Shown here piece by piece: positions 25,470-37,285 of a DNA stretch of 63,072 nucleotides (position 1 is its first letter; every line of letters begins with the position of its first letter). Made by a program: the position numbers and the translations under genes. The stretch spans positions 429,720 through 492,791 of the forward strand of contig NW_019091355.1 in assembly GCF_001949145.1 (NCBI RefSeq), written 5' to 3'. This stretch comes from Acanthaster planci. Its lineage: Eukaryota. The notes beneath the pieces are model-generated. The model was not told the DNA's origin, did no database searches, and saw only the letters and a list, made by a program, of their open reading frames with translations.

Positions 25470-27177
25470 AGTTGTCTGTCACCCTGAATAGCTTTAAATA
25501 TCTTAGCAGGAACTGCAATATATATGTTAGTCACTTCGGCATTGGAAGTTTAGGACTGGTATCAGACGTAGAAGTGTTTTAATTGGTAAGATACATATTG
25601 ACATGCAGGAAGTGGTAATTTATGCTGTTTCATTGCAATGAGTCTGGGTAGTTATGAGTGTGTTTCCTTGTTAACATAATCCTAACAGATATTTTGCTTT
25701 AGATGGATAGATTTGGAATGACGTCGCTTTGAGTAACTTGTCATCCGTAAATCCACTGCATTATACCACCCACATGACCGCTCGTGGAAATACCGAGACA
25801 TTTGACCTTAAATTAAGCTAAAGTTAATTGTTTTGCAAAAATACACTTTTGTTGATTTTCAGAAAACACTGATTAGTGTTTGTAGAGCCTCTGGCCCTAT
25901 AGGTATTAACATGCACCGTCCACTCAACACCACACGATGTGTAACTTGCTTTGGTTCCATTTTGGAGCTCTGTTGCTGTCTGTGTGATTGTAGGGATATT
26001 GTCCTTTTAATAAAAGAACAGTTCTTTTCGTGTCACAACATCGACAGGCTAAAAATACTAGGTAATGAACAATGTAGGAACTCGTGATACGGTGAGCAAA
26101 TTCATTTGTCTCTGCCCTCACAGTCTGCGCACAGTAACATTCCTAAAACACAGCCAAAGACTGCAGACACAAGCTTCCTAATATTATACCCAAACTCGTG
26201 TACAATATTGCCCCAAAACCTAAGTTGTAATTATTACGAAGTTAAGTTTGCCTAATTCATTTCAGTTAATTTGTGAAGGGGAGTCAAGTCCACTGATGCA
26301 AGCCAGTATTTGAAACAACCTTCATCTATGTCACACCATGTATGCGAGGCGCCATATTCTGATAAGGCTATTGTAAGAGGCGTCTAGTTGACATAATGCC
26401 TTCTTAATTACGGAACTTATATTTTTAATCAGACACCCCTGGTTGCCTGAGCCGTTGCAGAAGCCGAGGGACGGAAGACTGCTCAATTTAATTCGCAAAA
26501 ATGATGATTAATCTTGTTGAACCTCAAAAGGAAGAACAAGTGGAGTACGACTGGGAACAGTTTTCCAAGACACCAGGACTGAAGGCAAGTTGTTGATCGG
26601 AATGTTTCGATTTATTTAAAAGTGTAACCTATAAATTGGCCAAGCCACGCTCACTTTAGAAAGAAACTGGATATTTTGAAAGATTGAAGACATGTTAAAC
26701 TCGTTGTTCATGTCCACACAAAATTTCTTCTGTATCGAACTTACCTTGGAGCATAAGAAGATTTCCCAAACATATTTGTGGAATTTTTACTTTTTGCATA
26801 AAATTTTACTTACTGCTCTCGGTGTATAGTCCTGCTCCTAGGTGTGTATTCCATACCAAACGCATTATTAACAGAGAGGCTTCTCGTTTTATGAACATTA
26901 TATATGATCATTATCGAGCAGAAGCACCCCTCATCGGTTGAGAGGTGTTTAGATTAGCTGCGGGAGTGTTCATTTTGTTTGTAGCGACGCACACGCAACG
27001 AGTGCATCTCATAGTCTTTCCTGAACGAGCAAAGTTTAGTTCCAACCAAAGCAGCCACCGTTGCTAAGAAAACAGGACCCTCTCTTGGTCCGGCTCGAGG
27101 CATATGGAACCAATTCATGATGTTTGCCTTCTTCACAAAAAGTAAAAACCCATTTTTGAGACCGTCGAAGTGTTCAG

Positions 27178-30100
27178 ATGAATTCTGTTAACAGAAACGG
27201 GATTGTTTGTAATTCGGGGCAGGATTTTGGTCCTAATTCTGGCGTCAAAGCGTTGGATGGAGGAACTATTAACTACATCTATCGGATAACCAGTGACAAG
27301 AATCCCGATCGCACCGTGATTGTAAAACATGGCGACAGTCATGTCAAGGTAAAACATTTTCTTAGAGCGCATTTCAGGCCCTGTAAAATTACTCATGAAA
27401 TCGCCCACGATTTTTTATTTGGTCGGGTGCTGTCACGTCTGCGAAGACCTGACGTCGTTTTTAGGGTGCGTTCGATTAGCTTACACGTGTAAGTCAAACT
27501 TACACCAGAGCGTTTGTTTAGCCACCAAGTGATATTCGTTCCTACTCTGGTGTCAGCCACCACTACCCCAGCAGGCGAGCGGGTCTGTGGAGGCTGCCCA
27601 AGTGTAAGACGTCACGGATGAACTGTTTGTGCATATGGGTGCACTGAACTAATTGAAGCCCCATTGAAGACAATGTAAAATCGACCACGTTTGCAGCCCC
27701 GGTGCGGGCAACCGAAGTCCCTCAGGTCTCTCAAACAAAAAACAAAGTTTTCTGGGGTCATTCAGCTCTCAATTGATTTTCAATTTGTAGTAGGTTAACC
27801 AATGAAATTTTTAATTATCCACCCAAAACAAACTCACCTTCCAAAAAGTGACCGTTCCCAAGTCTGTCAGCGGCCATTTTTCAAATGACATCCCTCCATC
27901 TTTTCAGGCTCTTGGGACAATTTTTCAGTGGCATTTTTCTATGCTTCGCCCTGGGATGGGAGCCCTTGAATCTAGGGAGTTCATTCTGGGCCATTCTTTT
28001 ACAATCCCACAAATTCTTGAGCCACACAATCTCCTCTTTTCCAAATAAACTGTTAGGGGTACTTTTTGAGCGCCTCGGCCTGCCCAAGAATTTCCCTTGA
28101 ATTGGGCAGTGCATCCATATGGACATGATGGAACATGGCGGAGACTTGACCTTTTTCCCAGAATGCCTTGGCGAATACATTGCAGCGTTCGATTCCCCTC
28201 ATTTCGAGGCTTCCCTTGCGTGTATACGGGATTAGCTTGAAAATCACAGCAGGCTAATTTCGCAGGGTCAAACAATCATGACGACTGTGTCGACACAGCC
28301 TTTGATACTTACTCATCATTCAATAATGTTGTGTATGTGCAGGAGTTCCCCGTATTCGCTTTACCTAAGTTGAGAACGAGAGTGGAATTCTGGGTTATGA
28401 AGAAGATGGCGGAGCTTGTTCCTGGATCTGTGCCGATAGCTTATCTGTATCATCCAACACACAACTACAGTAAGTCTGGATCTGAAATTCCTCTGACTTC
28501 TCCCTTGACTTAACCACCCTCTCTTGAGTCGATCCGTTTTCAGCATCAAAGCAAGAGGAAACATTTAGGCCTTCTTTGTTTGGCAAATAATCTACATAAA
28601 TATGTTTTTCTCGGGTAAACATCTGTTTTTGTATTCTATGTGTGCAAATAAATGAGTTACTTTCGACTCTTTTAATCAAGTGTAGTCAAAGCAAGCTTTT
28701 AATTTTTCACACTGCATATTAAACTAACCATTTTTCACTATACATATTTAACTGTAGTTGAGTTTAAATTGTAATTCAAATTTCACAGTGGGTACATAAA
28801 CCGGAATCTCATTTATCTCCAACATATGTTCTGTAATAGTCGTAACCTTGACAACGAGTGTCCGCATATAAATTGGAAAAATGAAGTAGATTGTAAAAAC
28901 GAAGCATTTACAAAAATAGATCAACTTCTTGATTACCTCAAGATAAATGCTATTAGATTGTATAATTAATCTCTGAACTACGGTTTGACACACTCAAGAT
29001 GTTATCGCAGTCTTAACGGTTTTCTCGTCTGTTCTCGCAGTTGTCATGGAAGATCTAGGTGGCTATGCTATTCTGCGAGATAAGCTCAATAACGCAGACC
29101 TGGATTTATCGATACTGAAGCAATTAGCCGTATTCATCGGGAAATTACACCGTGCAACCCACAAAGCTACAATAAACCCAGCAGAACATCAAGAGATGGT
29201 CACCTTTTGCGAGTAGGTTCAAGTGGGTTAGCTTTTCTTTGCCATGTTTCGGGACTTGAAAATTCAGTGTTTCGCCGTGTATTTTTATAGGAAATTTCAA
29301 ATCATCCAGCCAACGTCGGCACCTTTTCCAAATCTTTAACTGTAGAATTCGGGGCACTTTCTTCCCAATATGAATTCAGCTTAATAAAACTTTGGGAAAA
29401 CTGAATTTATCGAATTGGGACTAGCCTGCAGTGCCGAGTCTCATCACAGTATTAGTTCATAAAATTAATCCTACAATTTCACAAGAAATTTTGATCTCCG
29501 AAACGATTTGTCTAGTTTATTTTGAGAAAGCTTGTTGTTTTCATTATAGAGGAAGGACACAGAAGGAGTTGGAACTCTAACACTTCAAAGTGTCCAATGA
29601 TAGTCGCCGCAGAGTCAGACGAATAATAGAAAACATTCCAAAAAACATTCCAAAACATTCCTGCATCTTAGCCAGACAAGCAGGGTCAGTAATATCCTAG
29701 CAATACTAGTAGTTATTTGCTTGCAATTAAATACAAATTATTGCTGTGACCAGGAAATAGAGGGAGAAAAATCCCTGATATTAGACCTACTTTTGCCATC
29801 GTAAATTAACTTTTTAAATTTTGATACACTGTTCCAGTATCCATGCAATATTTGTATAATTTTATTCTCTTCCCTCCAATACATCAGTGTTCAGAGACAA
29901 GGTACGAATTTGGCTATAAGACTGGCCAACAGTATGTTGACTTTTACTGGAAAGGTAAATTCATAAATAACAAAGTGCGCTATTTCATCACAGGGAGTGA
30001 TCGTGAAATCTCATAAAATACGCTTTTGTACAAATGCAATGATAAAAGTGATTCAGACAAAACACAAAACCTTGTAAACAATCGAGCTATTTATTCCTAA

Positions 30101-32390
30101 AATAACTACAGAAGAAAGAGCTCATTAAGGGAAATGAGAGCACGTATAGATTTAGGACACACAGCGCAATGCAAGCAATTGCGCAAGCATTAAATTTGAC
30201 GTTGTCATGAGACCATACCAAGCACCAACAAAAGCATGAATATTCAATTTCCTATACCTCAGTTCAGCGACAAATTGCGGCGGTGATTATAGGGTACAAA
30301 GGGTTTCTTGGTTGTGAAACAGATGGTGCGTAGCAAGCGTTCGCTGCGCTCTGGCTGTGGATACCAAGCATGCCAGAAAGCGGTAAACGGCCAGATGTTA
30401 CAGCCCAGGCAGTTAATTCAAACTACTTCTGTTTCCTTTCTGTATGGTTTGATAAATGCCACCGATTAGCAACTTTAAGTATTGTATGTTATAGTTTTGG
30501 TATATAATTGACATAATAGGATACTTTTCCAGTCAGATGCAGTTAATGTACAGCTTTCCTTACGATCCAATGACTTGGATTTCCAGTGGATTACCATATT
30601 TTGATCAGGTAAATTTTCCACATAGGTTCCGATGGATTACTTACATTGATCAATTGAGTATCCAATCTTCGATCCAATTTTGTGTTTGCATATAGGATCC
30701 TATGGGTACCTACAGTTACCATCACGTAGGATCAATTGTGTTCCATGTTTCTGTCCCGTTTATCCAGGCCAAGCAATATGCAGGGTCTAGGAACGAGACA
30801 CGTCTTTATAGATCCCGTCGAGAGGATGGGTGATGGGAAATACGTGAAGGAAGTGAAGGACTTCCTCCAAGACCCCATACTCGGCAGAAACTGGGAGAAA
30901 CTCAAGTCCATGTGCCTGACAAAGCATGATTGCTTGGTGCACGGGGATTTCCACACAAGTTCTGTCATGGTCAAAGACTCTACCGTCAAGGTAGATTATC
31001 CTTATCAATATCAAAGTGTTCCTAGCCAATAAAATACATCACCCCAACAATGATTGGGTTTGGAGTTTTATACTACTACTGCAAACTGGTGTACTTAGCC
31101 GGTCTGATTCAAAATTAAAGCGTGAAAACCTAACCCTTTAAAACCTATCGGGTCATATTAACCTGGAATGCAGGTCCAATGGGAACTGACTCTTTGCTGG
31201 ATGAAATTACAACCCAGAAATGTTCCAAAAGACCCAATAAGGGGATAATTTTTGTTTACGCGGAAAGGCTGGGTCAGGCTCAACAGCAATCTGACCCGAA
31301 ATGCAAGATGAACAATGCCAAGGCATTACAGTGGGATACCTGGTAATGTAAACACAAATCTGCCGACTTAATTATTTAAAATCTTTATTTTGATCCAGAT
31401 TTTTGACTTGGAGTTTGCCCACATGGGCCCAGCTGGGAACGACTTTGGCCACATGTTGGCCAATATTTTCAAAGTGTACCTGGACCACAAGCTTTATCCT
31501 CTGAGCGAGGGCTCCACATATTACGTGCGACTAGGAAAGGCCATCTGTGAACTGGGTAAGTTGACAGAGAGAGCTCGTGAGATGAGGGTTAACAACTACC
31601 CAGAACCATGATCCTCTTCCAGCCGATCAGTTCAATACAAGTCAGCCAACATGTTATTTCAGAAAGCAAGGTCGTTCGGGAACAAAGCATGCGCGTAAGT
31701 TGGTTTCCATTGTGGAGATCAATGACGTAGCTAGAGCCACGCTAATGCGTCCGAATGACCTCAGACGCGCGTAATTTGGGGCATGAGCTGTTGGAATACC
31801 GAACTGGTTCATTAACCAGGACTTTGAAGCCACATATGCCTGCCTCAAAATGCAATCAATGCGCATGTTTCGAATTCACATAATAGCGTGTAACTTGGGT
31901 TTAATGAGCAAAAACAGACAAACCAATAAAATCTGTAGATTGTATTCTACTGTTGCTGCTGTGTGTGCTCATGTTGTTCTCGTGATGTTTTATAATAACA
32001 TCGTCTTTTTCTGGCAGTCGACGCATACTTCAAGGAGGCAAGGGAATACCTGAACGATGAAGATTATGCCACGACGGTATCCGAAACTGCGGGATTTGTC
32101 GGTGCAAGAATGATTCGAAGGTATAACAAACTACAAAAATCACAGATTCAGTTATCAAATGCATGTGCCATGTTTTGCTGGTCCATAAGTAAAAAAGTCA
32201 CCAACTTAGTTGGTTCAAGTTTCGGTTGTTCATTTTCAGGGTGTGGGGTTTGCAGGAACTTGGTGAGGAACCCACCCAGCCAGCGACACGGGAGGAACTA
32301 CTTCGGATAGCCTATCGACTCATCTCTGAATTCGAGAAAATCCAAACACTACAACAGCTGAAGGAATACTTGATTAATGGGAAAGAATAG
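27178..32390 (+). CDS. 5-methylthioribose kinase (MtnK)-like protein, APH/choline-kinase fold, >=7 coding exons; 5' end unresolved
   Basis: Exons: ~27178-27348 (ALDGGTINYIYRI...VIVKHG), 28343-28469, 29041-29212 (IVMEDL), 30768-30990 (VFIDP...CLVHGDFHTSSVMV), 31399-31555 (IFDLEFAHMGPAGNDFGHMLAN), 32018-32120 (ETAGFVGARMIRR), 32240-32390 (stop). GT/AG borders and phases are consistent. Motif order matches MtnK (GDGNLN / VMEDL / HGDLHTGS / DPEFAFYGP.GFD / GF.G.E.IRR). A possible upstream coding exon is 26501-26584, with a GC donor. Confidence 0.85.
27638..28116 (+). mobile_element. Non-autonomous TIR element, related copy 3, in an MtnK-like intron
   Basis: Ends gggtgcactgaactaattgaag / cttgaattgggcagtgcatcc, flanked by ATAT on both sides. 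Shares ccccattgaa.acaatgtaaaat with the copy at 22460. Confidence 0.65.
31670..31815 (+). repeat. Dispersed repeat fragment (second copy ~48242-48376)
   Basis: ggtcgttcgggaaca...gcgtccgaatgacc..gacgc....ttgggcatg.gctgttg.aataccgaactgg shared by both loci. Confidence 0.7.
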
Positions 32391-33469
32391 CTACCCTGTT
32401 TGGGTGTACTGATGCGCGAGATCAACATTTCTGGTGCAAAAAAAATACACTGCAGAAACGGTGTGTTAAAGTAAAACAAATTAAAGGGCACTATTAAATG
32501 CTACTGTCTAATTTGTTTTTACCTCACTATCTATAACATTCAATACTTATCGGCACTGGTGTTAATCTAGCACTAAAGTTTGTGTAGTATACCAGTGTGA
32601 CGAGGAAATATGACATTGTTTGAAGATGGCAACACGACTAGAGTTGAAACCTTATATTTGGTTCGTTCAACTGACGTTTAACACACATTACACTAAAGCA
32701 TTCACCCGAACAAGACCGACCCACGTAAACTGTAATCATATAACACAACACTGAGTTTCAATAAGTGTCACCTCTAAAATCATTTCAATCTAAACGAATA
32801 ATCAGACAATTGTAACAATTTTTTGTGTGAAGGTCTTCTTGTCTGATTCCAAAGAGGCCCGATAAACGGATAGAAAATTATTCAACAATATAAAAGTATT
32901 TTCCAATGTTCTCAGCTTGAAAACACGCGTGCAAGAACTTCAACCGTTAATACTCTGTGCGTCTTTTGTCGTATAAATGATGTTTAAAAGTTTTAAAAAT
33001 TTGCGTTGAGATTTCTTTTGTATCATTAATCTGTAATACAACTAATCAAAGACACATATATACATTTCCGCTTACTATATTTTGTGCTTGCTATTTTGCA
33101 ACAGCAATTGAAGAATAACAATAAAATGTAAATTTACAATATTGAATGATTGTGGACTAATATTAGGTTAGTTGGCTTTAGCGTTTTAGTTTAGTGAGCC
33201 CATATTGGTTAAAACTTCCCTGTAACAAACCCATTAGTGGTTCTCAGCTATTCTGTTTCATTTCATTGAACCTGCGAAACTCCATGTATAGTTTAGACAA
33301 GAAAATCGTTGGAAACAATCGGCATCTGTGTATTTATAAATCAAAGAAAGTTTTGCTATGCTTTAGTTTAATTGGAAAAATAGGAAGTAGCGCTGTAATT
33401 TTTATGACTGAAAATCCTGTATAACAAAACATACTTAAGTGATGATGTCACATAGTTCAGATAGCAAAG

Positions 33470-33758
33470 TAAAGGAATCTTTAATTATATATATAACGGT
33501 TTCGCCCGTACCCAACGTATATTAATAAGCACTGTATTCTCAGTGCTTGTCCGAGAGCTTGCGAAAAAACCTCACAAGCTTACTCGGGTGGGACTCGAAC
33601 CCACGACCTCCTGCTTACTAGTGCAGATAGCACTAGTAAGCAGTAAGCACTAGGCATACAGTGCTTATTAATGTACGTTGGGTATGGGCAAAACCGTTAT
33701 ATATATAATTAACATCTCCCCAACGCAAAAATACATCTTGAAAATAAAGGAATCTTTA
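33470..33758 (-). mobile_element. tRNA-derived (SINE-like) element enclosed in inverted repeats, with 14-bp TSD
   Basis: TSD taaaggaatcttta at 33470-33483 and 33745-33758. Arms 33481-33537 / 33656-33712. Minus-strand B-box/T-arm gaggtcgtgggttcgagtcccacc (~33587-33610). Perfect 14-bp inner hairpin 33611-33643. Confidence 0.75.
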
Positions 33759-36700
33759 CTTTATGTTCCTCACAATGTAACGAATCTTATGCGTTAAGGC
33801 GGCGTAAGAGACTATTCTTTGTTATTTTAATTAAGTTACAATGAATGCACAAAAGGTTTACTCGATCCCACAGGAAGAAATATCCTCTAACCTGACGTCA
33901 TATCCGGTTCCTAAGTGGAAGTCCAATTCAGTTCAAACCACGCGCACAGCACACAGAGCTACGTGGAACCATGGAGCGGGAAGATCATGCACAACTTGAG
34001 GGCTTATTCCATCGAAGCTTGCAGTCAGCGTTGCTTCTGCGGCAGGGTGTCGAAGTCATCACTTACGAACCAGACAGCAAAATATTCATAATTGTGATGT
34101 AACCTTAGTGCTAATGATTCTGAAAATTGAACAGGATAAGACAACCACTGGTTTGCAGAGCTGGAATCAGGTTTTCATACGCACAGTATTTGCACTCTTA
34201 GTAAACCGTGTACACTGTACATAATATTTCTATGATAATATTGTGAAAATACATGTAGAAGATGTTTCCTAAATGAAGTTCAGATATGTCGCACGCACAT
34301 TGCTTTTATGTAACAACAGGTTGGAGAGCTGCTGTCGATCTGCTCGGCCTGAAGAATTAAAAGACAGTCAGAAAAAGGCAAACTAGAGATTTTGTCGGTG
34401 TTATAACTGGAGTACATTTTACAAGCGGTACTTGGGGGCCTCAATTTTTTTCGGGGGGGGGGTCCTCTAACATGCTAAATATTTCGGGGATCCAAGCCTT
34501 TGTCAGGCTCACAATATGTTGTGCATGCATCGCAGTAATACAAATACACACAATTCGTTTCCAGAAAGAGCCCATAGCATTCTTTGCACATGTAGTCCAT
34601 AGCATGTGCGCCAATATGCGACTCCGTCTCTACCTGCTCGAACATTATCTTTCTGGGCACCTTAGAAAACCCATATATCAGCAAGGTTGTTTCCTTTTCT
34701 GCACTATTTGGTGAAAACGCACTTCATTGTTTGATAGGACTTTAAGAGACAAAAGTGGTCAATTATATTCTCTATCGTAAACTGTATGTACCTAGGAAGA
34801 AGGCGTGACGGCATGCAGTGCTGAGTTCATTGGACGAAAGGGTTTGGTTGCAGACGGACGTCCCTTGTACGTATCGTTACGTTTTTGAAACTGTCTTTGC
34901 GTCTGGGTAGGCAAAAACAAGAAACGCCAACATTGCTTAGAGTGATGGCATTCAAAGCAATGCTGGTAAGTATAGATTCCTCCAATATGTTGTTAATGAT
35001 ATTCTTCGAGACGCTTTTGTTCACAGATGGTGGGCAGTTGATTCCAATGATTTGACATATCTCTGTGGTTCTTTTGGTTGTGATTAACTTCTGTTCTTTG
35101 ACAACATCATCGTCCATCAGCACTAAAAGAGCAGGGTGGACTCCCCCTTGACATTTTCTCTAATATCGTGGTATAATTGCTTTGTTCCGAGCCTTTGGAA
35201 ATTTTTCCAGAAATGTCTTACGATCACTTTGACATCAATTTTACGAACATTAGTCATACTGTTCTCGCGAAACCTCCATTTTCCCCATGCAGTGGTACAT
35301 CTAGGTTTCGTTGCAGGAGGGACAAAAGTGGATTTTTAAAACCCACCTACCCCAAAGAGAGGTGGTAGCACACCGTTTCGAAGGTGTAAGCACATTGCAT
35401 TCCAAAACCAAAATTACAGAATGTTTCCAGGGCAGCTTTCCCCCTCCCTCAGTGTTCGATATGTTCACTTTTTTCCGCATGCAGCAGGCACAGTGCATTA
35501 GGGCCAACTCACGTGAGGCTGTGAACTTGCCTTATAAATATTCATAACGAATTCTGCCATGGGTTGAATTGAGATTCCACAGATGCGTGCACAAACAATG
35601 TGCTCACAAGCACTGTAAAAAGAAGTCACCTAGTCAAGAGAGTTTTAGATTATTTCTGTCAACACAAAAGAGAAGAACAACATCGGAAGCCCTCCGGACC
35701 ATGAGGTCCTGTACCTTTTAAGAAAAATCAAGGAGTATGAAACACTTATTGTTCAGCCAATAACCCAACTGTCAAAATTTCAGCTGCGACATTGAAGAGC
35801 AGAAAAAGTCAGCGACCGCTGAATATTCAAGTAGATCAAATATGGTAGCACTGTGCGAATGAGTTGACAGAAAAGATGTCTATGTTGTAACTGCTTTAGC
35901 AAAGATCCTACAAGTTAATAATTAAGCTTCATCAGAATCATTCTGATTGCCGTCCCAAGGGACCCAACTATGCCTTCCGACTGTCTTACAGGCCACGAAC
36001 AATGTACTATGTAGTCACGCGGAGAAGTTGTTTGCCAAAAGTTCACGGTCATTTGAAGTCCATGCATGCCGCGCTACAAGGCACAGAACAACGAAACTAC
36101 AATCCACTCAATTCTTGGAATTGTTGATCCTTAATATGTCAGTCTTTGTCGTTGGAACCCCCAACTGAGTTGGGATGAGGTTTTCGCTACGTGCTATGAG
36201 TCTGTCAACACAGAAATGATTAAGTTATCTACCATTATATATTGATTTTTTTAAATTGTTGCAGAGCCAGAGACGAATAATGGCAGTTTACTAAAGTTAC
36301 GTAAGACAATAATGTAAGACATTCAATTAACCTTACAACCTGCAAGTGAATCTATCACTGGAATTGAATGGCCTTTGATATCAAGTGTGGTTTGTATTAA
36401 TATAATCACCTCTCAGTCTCCGTGGTCCTTGGTTCGATTCTTGGCCCTTATAGCTCTACGAGTATAGAGTTGTTTGTTGGTTGTCCTTCGTGCCGCAATG
36501 GTGTTTCTACGGGTTTTCTGGCTTCCCCCTCCGCAAATGTCGACACTTATCCGGCGGTGCTTCATGAGCACCTGAGTCACCTTCACATACCTTTGGCTGT
36601 AGAACTGGTTGTGATTGTGTCTTCGTTGGAACATACACGTACATCGTGTGAAACATTATTATTGAACGGTATTAAATTTCAAAGAGGAAAATCGGCAATG

Positions 36701-36999
36701 AAAGGTTTTTCGAAGTGAATGCCATTGGTTGAATTTCCCATGAAGAAAATGATATTTTTGACAGCGAGTTTGCAGTTTCACAAAGTGCGAGACGCGCTGG
36801 TCACAGAAGTGTCGTTTCAAACCTACTGTGTTTTTGTTTAGAAGTGCTTAGAAATCGGACGACCTCGAGTTGTAAATTTGCTGACGTGTGATGGTTCATC
36901 CCTCCCTTGCAAGAAAGTGTCGGGGAGATACACAGTACCCCCACCCACTCGATTTACGCCCATTGATGATCAGTGTGAGGACAAAAAAAGGTACATCAC

Positions 37000-37285
37000 C
37001 CGATCCGACTACCCACCGCTAATAGTGCTAGTGAGGCCTGTGCAGCAAAATAGCCATGCTCTAACTATGATGCTAATATGTTATCGTTTGATGTAATACA
37101 GTGGATAAACTTGTAAATGAGGCTTGTTCGAACCTTCTGCTTGCAAATTTTCTTGACACTGTTAAGCCTCATTTATAATTGTGCCAATGTATTGCATCAT
37201 ACGAGAATATATTAGCATCACGGTTCTTGCAGGCTATTTTGCTGCACAGGCCTCACTTATAAGTAGCGGTGGGTAGTCCGGTCGG
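37000..37285. repeat. Long imperfect palindrome (old MITE or hairpin)
   Basis: ~125-bp arms (37000-37125 / 37163-37285) including a perfect 25-bp match gtgaggcctgtgcagcaaaatagcc / ggctattttgctgcacaggcctcac. Confidence 0.85.

Noticed and set aside
27178..32390. Bacterial contamination as the source of the MtnK-like gene
   Set aside because: It has six or more canonical spliceosomal introns containing host repeats and is contiguous with animal genes
33580..33645. Functional tRNA gene
   Set aside because: Only the T-arm/B-box is present; there is no D-arm/A-box or cloverleaf, and it lies inside a TSD-flanked repeat
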